A DNA stretch of 61,363 bases, filler included. It is 5 parts of 5 records of this genome, joined end to end, with 100 filler letters (N's around TTAATTAATTAA, not from the genome) between each part and the next. Parts side by side here need not be neighbours in the genome. Positions count along the whole stretch, not along the records: positions 1 to 14,026 come from SRR2962707_688; 4 more parts are not named here. One strand, given 5' to 3'. The notes beneath the pieces are model-generated. The model ran no database searches. It was given only the letters and a program-made list of their open reading frames with translations, and was not told the DNA's origin. Position 1 is the first letter of the stretch, and each line of letters opens with the position of its first letter. Both the position numbers and the translations under genes were made by a program. Shown here one piece after another: positions 1 through 12,828 of the stretch.

Positions 1-1
1 C

Positions 2-997
2 ATGGACTACGGCAAGAAGGACCCGTCACTGGGTTGGCGCTTCACAGACGCCTGGTTCTCCATGGCTGGCGCTGGCGACAAGGGCCTGCCGAATGGTTTG
101 CCGGTCGACGAGTGGGGCATCCGTGTTGACGAATGTCATCCGGTCGGCGCCAGCGTCAGCCGCGGCGGTGCAACCAATGGACCCGCCGCTGTGTATGCAA
201 CCACCAAGTATGTTGACTGGTTGGAAAAGTACGCGCCGCCGGAGGCACCGGGTATGACATTCTCTGAAGCTGGTCCCGTACCCGCTCAGGGCGCTGTTGC
301 CCAGCAAATCTTCTGGTATACCGCCTTCACTGCCAGCATGATCGAAGACGGTCTGCCGGTGGTCAACGAAGACGGCACCCCGAAGTGGCGCATGGCCCCC
401 TCACCACGTGGGCCCTACTGGGAAGAAGGCATGAAACTGGGTTATCAGGACGTGGGCTCCTGGACCTTCATGAAGTCTACTCCTGAAAAGCGTCGCCTTG
501 CGGCCTGGTTGTATGCACAGTTCACGGTGTCCAAAACCGTATCCCTGGAAAAGACCATCGCTGGTCTGACGCCGATCCGCGAGTCTGATATCGAATCGGA
601 TGCCATGACCGAAATGGCGCCCAAACTTGGTGGTCTTGTGGAGTTCTATCGCAGCCCGGCCCGCGTTCAGTGGTCGCCGACGGGTACCAACGTACCGGAT
701 TATCCGAAGCTGGCTCAGCTCTGGTGGCAGTATATTGCTCAGGCTGCAAGCGGCGAAGCAACGCCGCAGAAAGCACTCGACGGACTGGCGCAGGCGCAGG
801 ATCGTGTCATGGAGCGTCTCGAACGTGCCAGTGTCCAGGAAACCTGCGGTCCGAAGCTGAACGAGCCGCGGGATCCCCAGTACTGGCTGGATCAGCCGGG
901 CGCACCCAAACCGAAGCTGGACAACGAAAAGCCGAAAGGCAAAACCGTCCGCTACGAAGAGCTGCTCAAAACCTGGGAAGAAGCTCGCGAGAGCTGA
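2..997 (+). CDS. ABC transporter extracellular solute-binding protein, glycerol-uptake (GlpV-like) family; 5'-truncated by window edge
   Basis: Open from base 2. Segments MDYGKKDPSLGWRFTDAWFSMAG, DEWGIRV, AQQIFWYTAF, GMKLGYQDVGSWT and WSPTGTNVPDYPKLAQLWW resemble proteobacterial glycerol ABC binding proteins. Confidence 0.8.
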   Translation: MDYGKKDPSLGWRFTDAWFSMAGAGDKGLPNGLPVDEWGIRVDECHPVGASVSRGGATNGPAAVYATTKYVDWLEKYAPPEAPGMTFSEAGPVPAQGAVAQQIFWYTAFTASMIEDGLPVVNEDGTPKWRMAPSPRGPYWEEGMKLGYQDVGSWTFMKSTPEKRRLAAWLYAQFTVSKTVSLEKTIAGLTPIRESDIESDAMTEMAPKLGGLVEFYRSPARVQWSPTGTNVPDYPKLAQLWWQYIAQAASGEATPQKALDGLAQAQDRVMERLERASVQETCGPKLNEPRDPQYWLDQPGAPKPKLDNEKPKGKTVRYEELLKTWEEARES

Positions 998-1048
998 TTT
1001 CTGAGGCGGCTCGAGTAGTCACTCAGTAAATCACTTACCTGTAGTGCC

Positions 1049-1083
1049 CTGCCGTTGTCCCGGGTTTCCTGGGGCAGCGGCAG
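1049..1083 (+). terminator. GC-rich stem-loop after the binding-protein gene (terminator or mRNA stabiliser)
   Basis: CTGCCGTTGTCCC ... GGGGCAGCGGCAG forms 13 bp including G-U pairs. There is no clear U-tract. Confidence 0.4.
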
Positions 1084-1266
1084 ACCTAACACCGTCAGGT
1101 CGGTGGGTCTTGGCCGGTTGCTTTCATTCCCCCCCTATTAGCATTTCAGGTGTTCCTCCGTGTTTAGCGGGTTGACCCTGCCGGCCCTTTTTCCGCCTTT
1201 TTGCACCTGATCCTTCCTTTCCAAATTCCGGGCCTGTCCAGGGCTGGCAGTAGGGGTTGATAGGGC

Positions 1267-3273
1267 ATGAGAAAAATTTCAGTTATCCATCGTCTATACC
1301 TGGGCTTCGGTTTGCTTTGTGTGATCATCGCAGGCTGGGGACTGTTCAACGGCAATATGATGACATCCATTTCCGAGGGTACGTCTGCGGTAAAGGAGAG
1401 AATCTTCCCGTTTCAGCGTGCTGTCCAGGCTGTCGAGGCAACGACAGGTGGCAGTGGCATGGCAGTCATCTCGCTCGCCAGGGTGAGGGACAACCAGGAA
1501 CTGGAATCCCGCTATGGAAGGCTGATAGATAAAATGACCGCGCTGGATAAGCAGGTGACGTCACTCGCTGCTGAAGCCGGCGAAATCCGCTTGCTTACTG
1601 GGTTCGAGGAACCCGCGCAGCAGTACCGGGAGGCCCTTGGCACGCTGCAAAAACAAGCGGCCAGGCTTAGCGAACACCAGGCGGAGGTCATCCTGGTATC
1701 TGAGTCAGTGAACCGTGATTTATCCGACTTTCTGGCCAAAGCCTCGGAAATGAAACAGTTGTTGCTTCGTGAAGCATCAGCGCCCGCAGGGTCTGACATT
1801 TATCTGAAAGACCTGCTCATGACGGTCATGGGGAACCTGTCCAATATTGAACTGCTAATTATGCAATTGGTCAGCACCGACGATGCCGAACGGCTCAAAG
1901 CCGTGGTGGAAAACCTGCGATTCAACACCGTGACGGTTGAGCAGGATATTGAGGCCATCATTGGCGAGATTGCGTTGCTGGAGTCGCTTGCGCCTATCGC
2001 AAGCGATTTCTTTGAGTCGGTCAACAGTGAGGCCGGCATAGTCAGCCAGTATTACGATTACCGCAGCAACCTGCTGGCGGTGAACAGCACCGTCGCGGAC
2101 ATAGAGGCCGGGCTTGATAACCTCAACAGCCATATTGACCGGATGGTCACGGCAGCCGGAGAGGCCGCTGTACAGACCGTCGACAACCTGGATGCCACGG
2201 CGCGTTTCTCGGAACAGCTGGTGTATTACCTGGTGCCGCTAATCCTGTTTATTGCCGTTGTGATCTCGGTGTGGTTGGGGCGGTTGATCAGTATTCCTTT
2301 GCGCGCCACCGTCAATCACCTCTCGGCGATGGCTGGGGGTGACTATAGCCGCGAGCTGACGTTCCGCGCCAACGGCGAGTTCATTGAACTGAAAGAGTCG
2401 GCCAATAAGCTCGCAGCGGCCATGCGGGAGGTGTTGGGCAGCTTGCAGAAAGCCGGCGGTGAAATTACCGGTGTGGCGGCGTCCAACGCGGATTTTTCCC
2501 ACGACCTGAGCCAGCGTATTCGGGGGCAGGCCGATGACCTCAATTCGATAGCGACCGCCATGACGGAGATGGAAGCGTCCTGCCATCACGTGGCGGAATC
2601 CGTCAGGGACACCCACCAACTGGTGGAGTCGGTGAACAGTCGGGTTGATGAAAGCAAAGAGACCGCCAACGCCAACATGGAGTGTGTGAATGAACTGGAA
2701 GAGCAGATACAGCAGACCTCCGGCAAGCTGAAAAAGCTGGAGAGTGCGTCCCACGACATCGGGCGCATCACCGAATCCATCGATGAAATCGCCAACCAGA
2801 CCAACCTGCTGGCGCTCAACGCAGCCATTGAGTCCGCCAGGGCTGGAGAGTTTGGCCGTGGGTTCGCAGTGGTGGCCGACGAAGTCAGACAACTTGCCCA
2901 GAAAACCACCAGTAGCACGGACACCATTCGTGGCCTCGTCAACCGTCTCCAGGGGGATGCGGCCGAAGCCGTGAGTTCCATGGAAGACAGCTTCCAGCGC
3001 CTGGAATCGGTCAAGTCCCTGATCACCGATGCCTCCAAAGGCGTTGAAACCATTCGGGAGGCCGTCGACCAGATCCGCAATAGCGCGGAACATGTTCGTA
3101 CCGGCATGGACGAGCAGGAAGACGTCAGCCGTTCGGTGTCGCGCAATGTTACCGAAATCAGCGGGTCGTCATCGGAAAATTTGGCGGAGATCGAACAACT
3201 GGTAGCGACTAGCGACCAGCTCAAGGCATCAATGAGTGATATCGAAGCGTTGATCGGGCGATTCCGGGTGTAG
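1267..3273 (+). CDS. Methyl-accepting chemotaxis protein (TM, large helical periplasmic sensor, TM, HAMP, MA domain)
   Basis: N-terminal TM ([18 protein letters not shown]), second TM ([17 protein letters not shown]), HAMP region and the signalling-tip motif [37 protein letters not shown]. Confidence 0.95.
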   Translation: MRKISVIHRLYLGFGLLCVIIAGWGLFNGNMMTSISEGTSAVKERIFPFQRAVQAVEATTGGSGMAVISLARVRDNQELESRYGRLIDKMTALDKQVTSLAAEAGEIRLLTGFEEPAQQYREALGTLQKQAARLSEHQAEVILVSESVNRDLSDFLAKASEMKQLLLREASAPAGSDIYLKDLLMTVMGNLSNIELLIMQLVSTDDAERLKAVVENLRFNTVTVEQDIEAIIGEIALLESLAPIASDFFESVNSEAGIVSQYYDYRSNLLAVNSTVADIEAGLDNLNSHIDRMVTAAGEAAVQTVDNLDATARFSEQLVYYLVPLILFIAVVISVWLGRLISIPLRATVNHLSAMAGGDYSRELTFRANGEFIELKESANKLAAAMREVLGSLQKAGGEITGVAASNADFSHDLSQRIRGQADDLNSIATAMTEMEASCHHVAESVRDTHQLVESVNSRVDESKETANANMECVNELEEQIQQTSGKLKKLESASHDIGRITESIDEIANQTNLLALNAAIESARAGEFGRGFAVVADEVRQLAQKTTSSTDTIRGLVNRLQGDAAEAVSSMEDSFQRLESVKSLITDASKGVETIREAVDQIRNSAEHVRTGMDEQEDVSRSVSRNVTEISGSSSENLAEIEQLVATSDQLKASMSDIEALIGRFRV

Positions 3274-3313
3274 TCGAAACCGTTTGAAGTTCCTATTGGG
3301 GTTTTCCATATAA

Positions 3314-4747
<1,434 letters not shown>

Positions 4748-4780
4748 CACGTCGATACGAGGAATCACAGGAGACAAACC

Positions 4781-5569
4781 ATGAGAAAACCCATTCTGAT
4801 TGCGAACTGGAAAATGAACGGCAGCCTGCACTCCAACCAGGCGTTGCTTGTGCGGATGTTGGCAAAGCTCCGCCCCTTTCGCAAAACCATTGATATGGCC
4901 ATTTGCCCGCCGTTTCCCTATCTGTTCCAGGTGCGGGACCTGCTCGGGTACACCGGCATTGCACTCGGGGCGCAGAATGCCAGCCGTGCGACGTCCGGTG
5001 CACACACCGGGGAAGTAAGCGCCACCATGTTGCATGAAATGGGGTGCCGTTACGTATTGGTCGGGCATTCGGAGCGACGCGCGCTTTACCACGAGTCCGA
5101 CGATGAAGTTGCTGCCCGGTTTCAGCAGGTGCTCTCAGCTGGGCTGATACCGGTGATGTGTGTTGGCGAAACGTTGGAAGAGCGGGAGCAGGGGTGGACG
5201 ATGAAGGTCGTTCAGCGACAGCTGCAGACGGTGATTGACCAATGCGGCATGTCCGGCCTGGCTGGCAGCATCGTTGCCTATGAACCGGTCTGGGCTATTG
5301 GCACCGGCAGGACCGCTACCCCGGAGCAGGTGGCGGACACCCACCGGGCTATCCGCCAGTTTCTGGAAAACTGTGAGACAGGCGCAGGGCAGTCCGTGCG
5401 CATTGTTTATGGTGGCAGTGTGAAAGCGGCCAACGCGGCAGCTCTGTTCTCGTCACCCGAAGTGGATGGCGGCCTGATCGGCGGGGCGTCCCTGCAGGCT
5501 GACGAGTTTTCAAACATTGGCGCGGCGCTGGCAAACACGGTTAACCCTGTGACATCGACGCTCACCTAG
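4781..5569 (+). CDS. tpiA: Triosephosphate isomerase
   Basis: ANWKMNG, GAHTGEVS, VGHSERR, AYEPVWAIGTG, YGGSVK and GGLIGGASL. RBS AGGAGA upstream. Confidence 0.97.
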   Translation: MRKPILIANWKMNGSLHSNQALLVRMLAKLRPFRKTIDMAICPPFPYLFQVRDLLGYTGIALGAQNASRATSGAHTGEVSATMLHEMGCRYVLVGHSERRALYHESDDEVAARFQQVLSAGLIPVMCVGETLEEREQGWTMKVVQRQLQTVIDQCGMSGLAGSIVAYEPVWAIGTGRTATPEQVADTHRAIRQFLENCETGAGQSVRIVYGGSVKAANAAALFSSPEVDGGLIGGASLQADEFSNIGAALANTVNPVTSTLT

Positions 5570-6816
5570 AGGTTGAGCGGCTGTCCGGCTTCCTTGCGTC
5601 TGGCTTCCCATTCCTGCCGGGTCTGGGCGGCCTCATCGCCGGGCATTGAGTCGATGATCTCGAAGTAGTCAGCCGAGTACTCGTCTTCCATGATCTGATT
5701 GCGGGGCTTAACCCTCACAACGTAGACCGTCTGGATGTTCTGGTGGTCGAAGTCGCGCCAGTACTGCTCGTCCTTCAGGAAAGTGTACCGGTGGCCTTCC
5801 AGGGCTCGAATAAGCTGGCGTGTGTCCGTGGTACCGGTCCTTTCCACGGCATCCTTGTACTGGTAGACGATGCTGTAGGCAGAGGCTGCCGCGGTAGAGG
5901 GGCGCATCTCGTAGCGGCTTGAGAAGGCCTCTACGAATTCCTTACCGCGGGCGTAGTTGTACTGGTAGGGAACGCTCCACACCCAGGGCGATCCGCCAAC
6001 GACCCCTTCCATAATGGTCGGGCCTACCTGGCGGGCCATGCCGAGCGTGAGGTTGGGTACCACCACCTGCATTTTCTTCGTCAAACCCATTTCGTAGGCG
6101 ACGTTCAGCGCACGCACCATGTCGTCGCCAAACAACACCATCATCAGGACCTTCGCGCCACTTTGTTCCGCCTGTTCCAGAGCCTGGCGAAAATCCGTAA
6201 TTAACGCGCGAGGGAAGGGTGTCTTAACGCCCTTGTGAGCGTCGGTGTTTTCGGTATTGGTGAATTTCCGGACCGATTTCTCTACCGACCAGCCCCAAGT
6301 GTAGTCTGCCGTGATGTAAAAGTATTCGTCGCCGGCATGCTGGGTATTGAGGTATTGGCTCAGTACCTTCGCCGTCATCCAGGCATTATAGGGTTCGCGA
6401 AACATGTGACTGTGGCCGGCGGCGCCGGTGGTGGCGTTGGAGTAGGTCAGGGTTCCGAAGTAGATGCGGTTTCGGTCCCTTGCAGCTCTGCCGGAGGCAA
6501 TGGCTACTGCGCTGGAAACGCCACCGAATACCATTTGCACCCCTTCGCGGTCGATCAGCTCAGCGGTGTTTTTGGCGCCCTTGTCCGGTTCGCCGGAGGT
6601 GTTGCGTATCACCAGTTCCACTTCGCGGCCCATGATGCCGCCGGCCTTGTTGATTTCATCGACGGCCAGGAAGGCGCCCAGGCGTTGTTGCAGGCCCTGG
6701 TCCTTGTAGCGGCCGGTCTGCGGGTAGTTGAGCCCGATTTTCAGGGTTTCCGCTGCAACGGGAGCCGTCGCCAGCAGGGTCAGTAACAAAGAGAGAAGCA
6801 GCTTCTTGCAGAGCAT
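5566..6816 (-). CDS. Periplasmic binding protein, branched-chain amino acid/amide (LivJ-like) family, with no adjacent permease
   Basis: Signal peptide MLCKKLLLSLLLTLLATAPVAA, then ETLKIGLNYPQTG, AVDEINKAGGIMGREVEL, GGVSSAVAIA and ADYTWG. AAGGAGG lies 9 nt upstream of ATG 6816. Confidence 0.85.
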   Translation of the reverse strand: MLCKKLLLSLLLTLLATAPVAAETLKIGLNYPQTGRYKDQGLQQRLGAFLAVDEINKAGGIMGREVELVIRNTSGEPDKGAKNTAELIDREGVQMVFGGVSSAVAIASGRAARDRNRIYFGTLTYSNATTGAAGHSHMFREPYNAWMTAKVLSQYLNTQHAGDEYFYITADYTWGWSVEKSVRKFTNTENTDAHKGVKTPFPRALITDFRQALEQAEQSGAKVLMMVLFGDDMVRALNVAYEMGLTKKMQVVVPNLTLGMARQVGPTIMEGVVGGSPWVWSVPYQYNYARGKEFVEAFSSRYEMRPSTAAASAYSIVYQYKDAVERTGTTDTRQLIRALEGHRYTFLKDEQYWRDFDHQNIQTVYVVRVKPRNQIMEDEYSADYFEIIDSMPGDEAAQTRQEWEARRKEAGQPLNL

Positions 6817-6982
6817 TGGCACAGGCCTCCTTGGTCGCGCCGGGCCGGTAACGCGGGCCCTGATATTGTTGTTGTGGATCAGGACCAGTGTCGCGGCTGT
6901 CTGCAAAAGCAACAATCGGACGAAGGTGGAAGTTGTGTAACGAATTGTCAGGCGTTGACGGACGTCACAACGCACTTCCGGG

Positions 6983-7870
6983 TCAGGCAACTGCGGTATT
7001 GCGAACCGATTCCAGAAGCCGGTACCAGAGGCCCCGTGGCATAGGGCTTCGAGCGCCATTGAGCGCTGAGTGAATACGCTCGGGATTCATGGAGCCCAGC
7101 ACGGGTATGGGCGTTCCGGGAATCTGTCGTAACCAGGCGATAGCCAGGCCGGTGTCATCCAGACCGGTTTCTTCCCGAGCCTCTTCCATCAGCTCTGCCG
7201 GGATTCGGTCCGCCAGGCCACCACCACCCAGCGGAGACCACGCCAACCAGCGTAGTCCATCCGCAAGATGAGCTTCAAGGGTGCCATCGAACAACGGATC
7301 GGTGTGGAGCAGGGATAACTGGCTTTGATTGCACACCAGTGGTAGCGCGGTGTTCCGGGCCAGCCATCGCCATTGCTCGGGCAGGAAGTTGGAGACGCCG
7401 ATCTGGCGAATCTTACCCGCGGACACCGCCGCTTCCAGCACTCGCGCGACGTCCTCGGCCTGCATCAACGGATCAGGACGGTGAATCAGAAAGGTGTCAA
7501 TCTGTTCTACCGCCAGTGAGGCGATGGCCTTGTTGATCGCGTTCTCCACATAATCCGCTTCGGCCCGGTAGTGTTTTACCCGCCACTGCGAGGTGTCCCG
7601 GTCGGCCGGAACAATGCCGGTTTTGGTGATCACCTGCAGGTTTTGGGCTAGGGCCGGGTGAGCACGTAATGCATCCCCGAACAGCCGTTCACACTCGCCA
7701 CCACCGTAGATGTCGGCATGATCGAACACGTTCAGGCCGTCATCCAGCCGCGCGGCAATCCAGTCCGCAAGCCGGGCCGGTTGCGTGAGGCTGGGATGGT
7801 CATGGAGCCGCATCATTCCCAGAATCAGGGGTGTTTCCGGTGTGAATCCTGCTGTTTGGGTGTTTTGCAC
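6983..7870 (-). CDS. Aldo/keto reductase (YdhF-like)
   Basis: LILGMMRL, FDHADIYGGGECE, ITKTGI, LIHRPDPL, GKIRQIGVSNF and AWSPLGGG. GTG start 2 nt after the amylase stop. Confidence 0.9.
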   Translation of the reverse strand: MQNTQTAGFTPETPLILGMMRLHDHPSLTQPARLADWIAARLDDGLNVFDHADIYGGGECERLFGDALRAHPALAQNLQVITKTGIVPADRDTSQWRVKHYRAEADYVENAINKAIASLAVEQIDTFLIHRPDPLMQAEDVARVLEAAVSAGKIRQIGVSNFLPEQWRWLARNTALPLVCNQSQLSLLHTDPLFDGTLEAHLADGLRWLAWSPLGGGGLADRIPAELMEEAREETGLDDTGLAIAWLRQIPGTPIPVLGSMNPERIHSALNGARSPMPRGLWYRLLESVRNTAVA

Positions 7871-7872
7871 GA

Positions 7873-9696
7873 TTACTCCTTGCCGAAGGCGATCACCACC
7901 CGGTCGTCGCCGTGGGTTCTTGAAAAGACGTAGGGTTTGGTACTGAGTTGTTTGTGTTCCCCGGCACCAATTGCCGGGTGACGTGCCCGGAACTGGCCCA
8001 GCTTTGTCCAGTGGGACAGGACCGGCTGTGCCGTGCCATTTTCGATGTCGGCCCAGTTCATGTCTGAACGGGTGCCCTGGTGGCCGTCAGAACCCGTGGG
8101 CCCGAAAGCGCGGCCGGATTCGTCTCCGTAGAATATCTGACTGGTGCCCGGTGTAAACAGCAAGGCCGCAGCGACCCGCTTCTGCATCGCCGGTTTGTTG
8201 TCGGCAATGCGGCTGAAAAGCTGGGTGTCGTGGGATGAGATATAGCTCATGACGTTGAAGGGGGTGTCGCCGTGCATCTTGTCGGAATACTCGCTGTAGA
8301 TGGGCTCCATGGCGGGCAGGCAAGCTGCACCGGCCTGGGCTTCCTCCTGCAGGTCAAAGTTGATGACGGCGTCGAATCCGGCATCAAAGTAGCTGCTTCG
8401 GGTCACAGTATGGGGGAATACCTCCGCGACCATCCAGAACTCTTCCGCTGGCAACGGCTGGCCGGGATTATTGGCGCGATAGGTGTCCAGTGCATCCTGA
8501 GCTTTGGTTTTCAGTTGTTTCCAGGCTTCCGGCTCCACGTGCTTGGCGGTGTCCACCCGGAAACCATCAACACCGAACTCGCGCACCCAATCGGTTAGCC
8601 AGGTGACCAGATAATCCCGGGTGGTGGCGTCTTCAAGCTGTGTGGCGCGGGTGTTTTCCTTGTTCTGCAGGAAAATGGGCAGGTCCACTGCCTGGGTGGA
8701 TTCCGTCTTGAAATCCGGCAGGAAGGCGAGGGAGCCCCGTACCGGATCAATGGAGGCTTTGGGTGGCGTGTCGTAGTCGCCGATGCCGGCGCGAACCCAG
8801 TCCTTGCCCCACCAGTTGGCCCAGCCCGGATGATCGTAGTCGATCAACGCATGGTAGGCGTGGAAGTTCTCCCAGGATTCCGGTCGCCAGTCGCCCCATT
8901 GTTCGGGCAGGTGCTTTTCGAAGCCTCCGCGCAGCCCGCCAACGTTGAAGGTCTGCATATCCTGAAGGGTGGCGTAGCCCGGGTGGTTCATAACCACGTC
9001 CATAACCACGCGGATGCCGCGGGCATGGGCTTCTTCCACCAGGGTGCGGAATTCCTCGCGGGTGCCGAAGTTGGCGTCAGGGCGGGTGAAGTCCAGAGCG
9101 TAATAGCCATGGTACCCATAGTGTTGGAAGTCCCCCTGGTCACCACCGCCAACCCAGCCATGAATCTGTTCGAAGGGTGGGGTGACCCAGACAGCGTTGA
9201 CGCCGAGATCCTTCAGGTAGTCCAGCTTCTGTGTCAGGCCAGCAAAGTCCCCGCCGTGGAAGGTGCCGATTTCATCCTTGCCGTCGGGCTTGCGGCCGTA
9301 GTTCAGGTCGTTGTCGGTGCGGCCATTGGCAAAGCGATCTGTCACGGTAAAGTAGACGGTTGCGCCCGCCCAGGTGAAGCTCTGCTCCGGAGCGTCCACG
9401 GCTTCCAGCAGTAACAGGCCTTCGGCGTCCGGGGCCGGGGTGAGTGTGACCTGGCCATTTATCACCTGTGCCTTGTTGCCACTGTAGTAGTCTCGCACCC
9501 AGTCGCCGTCTTTGAAGGCATTGCCGACGGTAACGATCATCTCTGCCTGGGTGGCGGTGCACATCCCGCCGGTTGAAACAGCGCGGTTGTCCGAGGGTGG
9601 GGCGGCGGTCTCGAACTGGCCACCGGCGCAGCCGGCAAGCGAGAGGCACGTCACAAGGCTGGCGGTAAACCTGATTTTTTTCGGGGTCTGGCTCAT
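7873..9696 (-). CDS. malS: GH13 alpha-amylase, MalS-like, predicted lipoprotein
   Basis: TDRFANG, GTFHGGDFAGL, YGYHGYY, DVVMNH, DGFRVDTAKHV (nucleophile), AEVF (acid/base) and SSHDT. N-terminus MSQTPKKIRF...SLAGC contains a lipobox. Confidence 0.88.
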   Translation of the reverse strand: MSQTPKKIRFTASLVTCLSLAGCAGGQFETAAPPSDNRAVSTGGMCTATQAEMIVTVGNAFKDGDWVRDYYSGNKAQVINGQVTLTPAPDAEGLLLLEAVDAPEQSFTWAGATVYFTVTDRFANGRTDNDLNYGRKPDGKDEIGTFHGGDFAGLTQKLDYLKDLGVNAVWVTPPFEQIHGWVGGGDQGDFQHYGYHGYYALDFTRPDANFGTREEFRTLVEEAHARGIRVVMDVVMNHPGYATLQDMQTFNVGGLRGGFEKHLPEQWGDWRPESWENFHAYHALIDYDHPGWANWWGKDWVRAGIGDYDTPPKASIDPVRGSLAFLPDFKTESTQAVDLPIFLQNKENTRATQLEDATTRDYLVTWLTDWVREFGVDGFRVDTAKHVEPEAWKQLKTKAQDALDTYRANNPGQPLPAEEFWMVAEVFPHTVTRSSYFDAGFDAVINFDLQEEAQAGAACLPAMEPIYSEYSDKMHGDTPFNVMSYISSHDTQLFSRIADNKPAMQKRVAAALLFTPGTSQIFYGDESGRAFGPTGSDGHQGTRSDMNWADIENGTAQPVLSHWTKLGQFRARHPAIGAGEHKQLSTKPYVFSRTHGDDRVVIAFGKE

Positions 9697-9775
9697 GCAA
9701 TGGGCTCCGGTTCCATTTATTGTTGTGGTTATCCAATCAAACCAGACCTGAACGGTGGGTGGTAGACGGAATTCA

Positions 9776-9807
9776 CTACGCCTCACTACTCCCCCGTTCT
9801 ACGCCTC
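9776..9807 (-). promoter_or_regulatory. Three tandem MalT-box-like direct repeats in the amylase/malE divergent intergenic region
   Basis: The minus strand reads GAGGCGTAG (9799-9807), GGGGAGTAG (9786-9794) and GAGGCGTAG (9776-9784). These resemble the MalT consensus GGGGA(T/G)GAGG. Confidence 0.55.
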
Positions 9808-9958
9808 AGGGAATGAAATCAGGGCTGATGCCAGCAACAGCAAATTGCAACACAGTTCGGTTACTCGCAATAAAAAGATTTGCGTTCAGCCCGCCCGGCC
9901 AACCTCGTGTCAGGGCGGACAACAAGAATAAGGCAGGAACAAGCAGAGGAAACACCTG

Positions 9959-11158
<1,200 letters not shown>

Positions 11159-11167
11159 TGCCCCTGA

Positions 11168-11205
11168 TGGGAGTGCCGTCGGCCGCCGTGCCGATGGTTC
11201 TCCCA
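11168..11205 (+). other. Intercistronic stem-loop between malE and malF
   Basis: TGGGAG-T-GCCGTCGGC-cgccgt-GCCGATGGT-T-CTCCCA folds into a long GC-rich hairpin with no U-tract. Confidence 0.55.
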
Positions 11206-11276
11206 GCCGTGCTGACCTGTTGTTGTAAACCTGCCCTCGCCAGACGTTGGCGACGGCTTTAAACGGGCTGACTACA

Positions 11277-12818
11277 ATGATAACGGAAACCCTGTCCTCC
11301 CCCGGAACCGAAAGCAGACTTCCAATGACCCGAATAATTCTAAAGTGGGGTGCCCTGGCCGCATTGGTAGGCATGGCGCTCTACCTGATACTGGCATTGT
11401 ATGCCCAGCAGGAGTTCGTGTTCGCGATGCTGTTCCTGGTGCTGACGGCATCGGCGGTGTTTGTGTTCGTGAACAAGAAACTCTACGCCCATCGCTACAT
11501 TTTCCCCGCAGTAGCCGGTATGGGGGTGTTTGTTATTTTCCCGCTGATGTACACGGTTGGTATTGGCTTTACCAACTACAGTGCCAGCAACCTGCTGAGT
11601 TTTGAGCAGGTGAAGGACAACCTGATGGACCGGACCTACCAGTCCGATTCCGTCCGCTATAACTATGAGCTTTTCAACACCGATGCCGGTTATGTGATCT
11701 ACCTTGAGGGTAAGCACCAGAACCTGGTTTCGGCTCCGCTGGCGCTGGACGGTTCCGACACCAGCGCGCCGGTCTTACCCGCTTCGGATAAGCCGGCTGG
11801 CGAGCCGCTGGCCATTCGCGACATTATCCAGTTGCGATCGGAACTGTCGGAGCTGGACCTGCTGACCGAAGACGGGCGCGAACTGAGCATGGCCAGCCTG
11901 CGTGCCTTTGCGGCCATCAACGCCCAGTTCACGTTGCACGACAACGGCAGCATCACCAACAACCAGACGGACGTGACCTACTTCCCGGACCACGACACCG
12001 GCTTCTACCGCAGTGCGGAAGGTCAGACACTGTCGCCGGGGTGGACCGTGAACATCGGCTGGGACAACTACCTGAAGGTGGTGTCCGACCCGAGCATTCG
12101 CGGGCCGTTCTTTGAGATCTTCGTATGGACGCTGTCCTTTGCCGTGGCAACCGTGGTGTTCACCCTGGCGCTCGGGCTGTTGCTGGCGAACCTCCTGCAG
12201 TGGGACCAGATTCGCGGAAAGGGCTTCTACCGCACCATGCTGATCCTGCCTTATGCGGTACCGGCGTTTATCTCGATCCTGGTGTTCAAGGGCCTGTTCA
12301 ACCAGAACTTCGGTGAGATCAATCTGGTACTGGAAGGCCTGTTCGGATTGCGGCCTGACTGGTTCAGTGACCCGGCGCTGGCGCGAACCATGATCCTGAT
12401 CGTTAACACCTGGTTGGGCTACCCCTACATGATGTTGCTCTGCATGGGCTTACTGCAGGCGATACCGAGGGATCTCTACGAGGCCTCCGCGATGGACGGG
12501 GCAGGGCCGGTGAACAACCTGTTCAATGTCACCCTGCCGCTGATCATCAAGCCATTGATGCCGCTGCTGATCGCAAGCTTTGCGTTCAACTTCAATAACT
12601 TCGTCCTGATTGCGCTATTGACCGGTGGCGCGCCCGATATTATCGGCGCAAGCACACCTGCGGGCACCACAGACCTGTTGGTGAGCTACACCTACCGCAT
12701 CGCGTTTCAGGATTCCGGACAGAACTTTGGCCTGGCGGCTGCGATTGCCACAGCCATCTTCCTGGTGGTTGGCGCCCTGTCGCTGATCAACCTGAAACTG
12801 TCCAAAGTCAAAGTGTAA
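11277..12818 (+). CDS. malF: Maltose ABC transporter permease MalF
   Basis: Three N-terminal TMs, FTNYS, large periplasmic P2 loop, [21 protein letters not shown] loop [16 protein letters not shown] and TDLLVSYTY. The start codon is uncertain. Confidence 0.95.
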   Translation: MITETLSSPGTESRLPMTRIILKWGALAALVGMALYLILALYAQQEFVFAMLFLVLTASAVFVFVNKKLYAHRYIFPAVAGMGVFVIFPLMYTVGIGFTNYSASNLLSFEQVKDNLMDRTYQSDSVRYNYELFNTDAGYVIYLEGKHQNLVSAPLALDGSDTSAPVLPASDKPAGEPLAIRDIIQLRSELSELDLLTEDGRELSMASLRAFAAINAQFTLHDNGSITNNQTDVTYFPDHDTGFYRSAEGQTLSPGWTVNIGWDNYLKVVSDPSIRGPFFEIFVWTLSFAVATVVFTLALGLLLANLLQWDQIRGKGFYRTMLILPYAVPAFISILVFKGLFNQNFGEINLVLEGLFGLRPDWFSDPALARTMILIVNTWLGYPYMMLLCMGLLQAIPRDLYEASAMDGAGPVNNLFNVTLPLIIKPLMPLLIASFAFNFNNFVLIALLTGGAPDIIGASTPAGTTDLLVSYTYRIAFQDSGQNFGLAAAIATAIFLVVGALSLINLKLSKVKV

Positions 12819-12828
12819 GGAGCTACCC

